Shown piece by piece: positions 63,601 through 64,000 of a DNA stretch of 64,000 nucleotides; the first letter of the stretch is position 1, and every line of letters starts with the position of its first letter. This DNA comes from Macrostomum hystrix. Taxonomy: Eukaryota > Animalia > Platyhelminthes. A program made the translations under genes and the position numbers. The notes beneath the pieces are model-generated. The model had not been told where the DNA came from. It did no database searches and saw only the letters and a list, made by a program, of their open reading frames with translations. The DNA lies in contig CATNEN010000024.1 of NCBI GenBank assembly GCA_950097015.1, positions 7,006,001-7,070,000 on the forward strand, written 5' to 3'.

Positions 63601-64000
63601 AATTCGTTTTCTTTAGAGGCTGAGACTCGAACTCTAGATGTTTTGGGCCTTCAAATTTAAGCAGCTCACCACGAGCCAGTTGAACTGTTCGGCGAGCCTC
63701 CAGTTGTCTTCTTGGCCGCGGCAGCCGTTGAAGCCAGGTGCTGGGCGGCGGACGCGGACACGGGTTCGCTCCCCAGACGGCCAGCTCCGACAGAGGCGGC
63801 TTTGTCGGCCATCCTCTGTCGCCAGAGGTCCTTGTAGTCGCTGCTGTCGCAAACCCCAGTCGAGGAGGTCATGTCTCGCAGTTTCTTCTTCGAGGATCGA
63901 AATCTTTGCACAATGAACAGCGCGAACAGAGCCAAGATCATCACCATGACGAGTCCGCAGACCAGCAGGGTAGTGGTCACCCGGCTGTGCTCACTCCAGC
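57617..64000 (-). CDS. PTPRN: Receptor-type tyrosine-protein phosphatase-like N (IA-2/phogrin, PTPRN/PTPRN2) orthologue, 3' part (TM and cytoplasmic PTP-like domain)
   Basis: Phase-consistent exons: >64000-63670, 62377-62323, 61244-61097, 60892-60627, 59783-59617, 59024-58832, 57688-57617. A TM helix, [47 protein letters not shown] and [12 protein letters not shown] all match the recalled IA-2 family. Confidence 0.92.
57730..58790. repeat. Related 19-bp and 22-bp minisatellites (tgctgaatgaggattgctg; tactgaatgagggagattgcag) in the last PTPRN intron
   Basis: Read directly; the two arrays grade into each other at ~57925. Confidence 0.95.
59115..59605. repeat. 20-bp minisatellite (ggataaacctgggtcaact[a/g]) in a PTPRN intron
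   Basis: About 24 units ending ~10 nt from the donor at 59616. Confidence 0.95.
59795..60565. repeat. 17-18 bp minisatellite (gtgaacaagggaaatct) in a PTPRN intron
   Basis: Period 17 (60252, 60269, 60286). Confidence 0.95.
61258..62285. repeat. 22-bp minisatellite (gtgtgggatctcgtctgttcat) in a PTPRN intron
   Basis: About 46 units ending ~12 nt from the acceptor at 61245. Confidence 0.96.
63005..63335 (+). mobile_element. tRNA-derived SINE, copy 6 (PTPRN intron)
   Basis: ttgcagagcggtt A-box, ctctcgcaccaagg, an internal deletion over the B box, a conserved hairpin and the 3' end cagccctcctgcaa. Confidence 0.8.

Overview
Eukaryotic (metazoan) genomic DNA with spliceosomal GT-AG introns. GC-rich exons sit in AT-rich spacers that are densely filled with minisatellites. 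This style suggests a free-living flatworm such as Macrostomum, but the taxon is an inference. Seven protein-coding genes can be rebuilt by hand from splice signals and recalled family motifs: an NWD1/NWD2-like NACHT STAND NTPase (minus strand; 3' part unresolved), FAM161A-like (+), an intronless cholesterol 25-hydroxylase-like sterol desaturase (-), a 100-aa secreted prepropeptide ending in a urotensin-II/somatostatin-like Cys-X4-Cys ring peptide (-), LRRC57 (+), cathepsin B (-) and an IA-2/PTPRN-type pseudophosphatase (minus strand; 5' part beyond the window). About 27 kb (roughly 43%, summed by hand) is more than 20 distinct locus-specific tandem arrays with 15-58 bp units. Many fill introns almost wall to wall and carry 3'-splice-site-like motifs. 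A tRNA-derived SINE of about 350 bp occurs six times, and one copy has lost every CpG. No rRNA, true tRNA gene or CRISPR array is supported. Most long ORFs in the supplied track are repeat artefacts. The best leads are the UII/SST-like neuropeptide gene, decoy-acceptor minisatellite introns, the SINE family and its CpG-decayed copy, ERSE-like motifs in the cathepsin B intron, and an RFX X-box in the NWD gene. All homology calls come from recalled motifs; no database searches were run.
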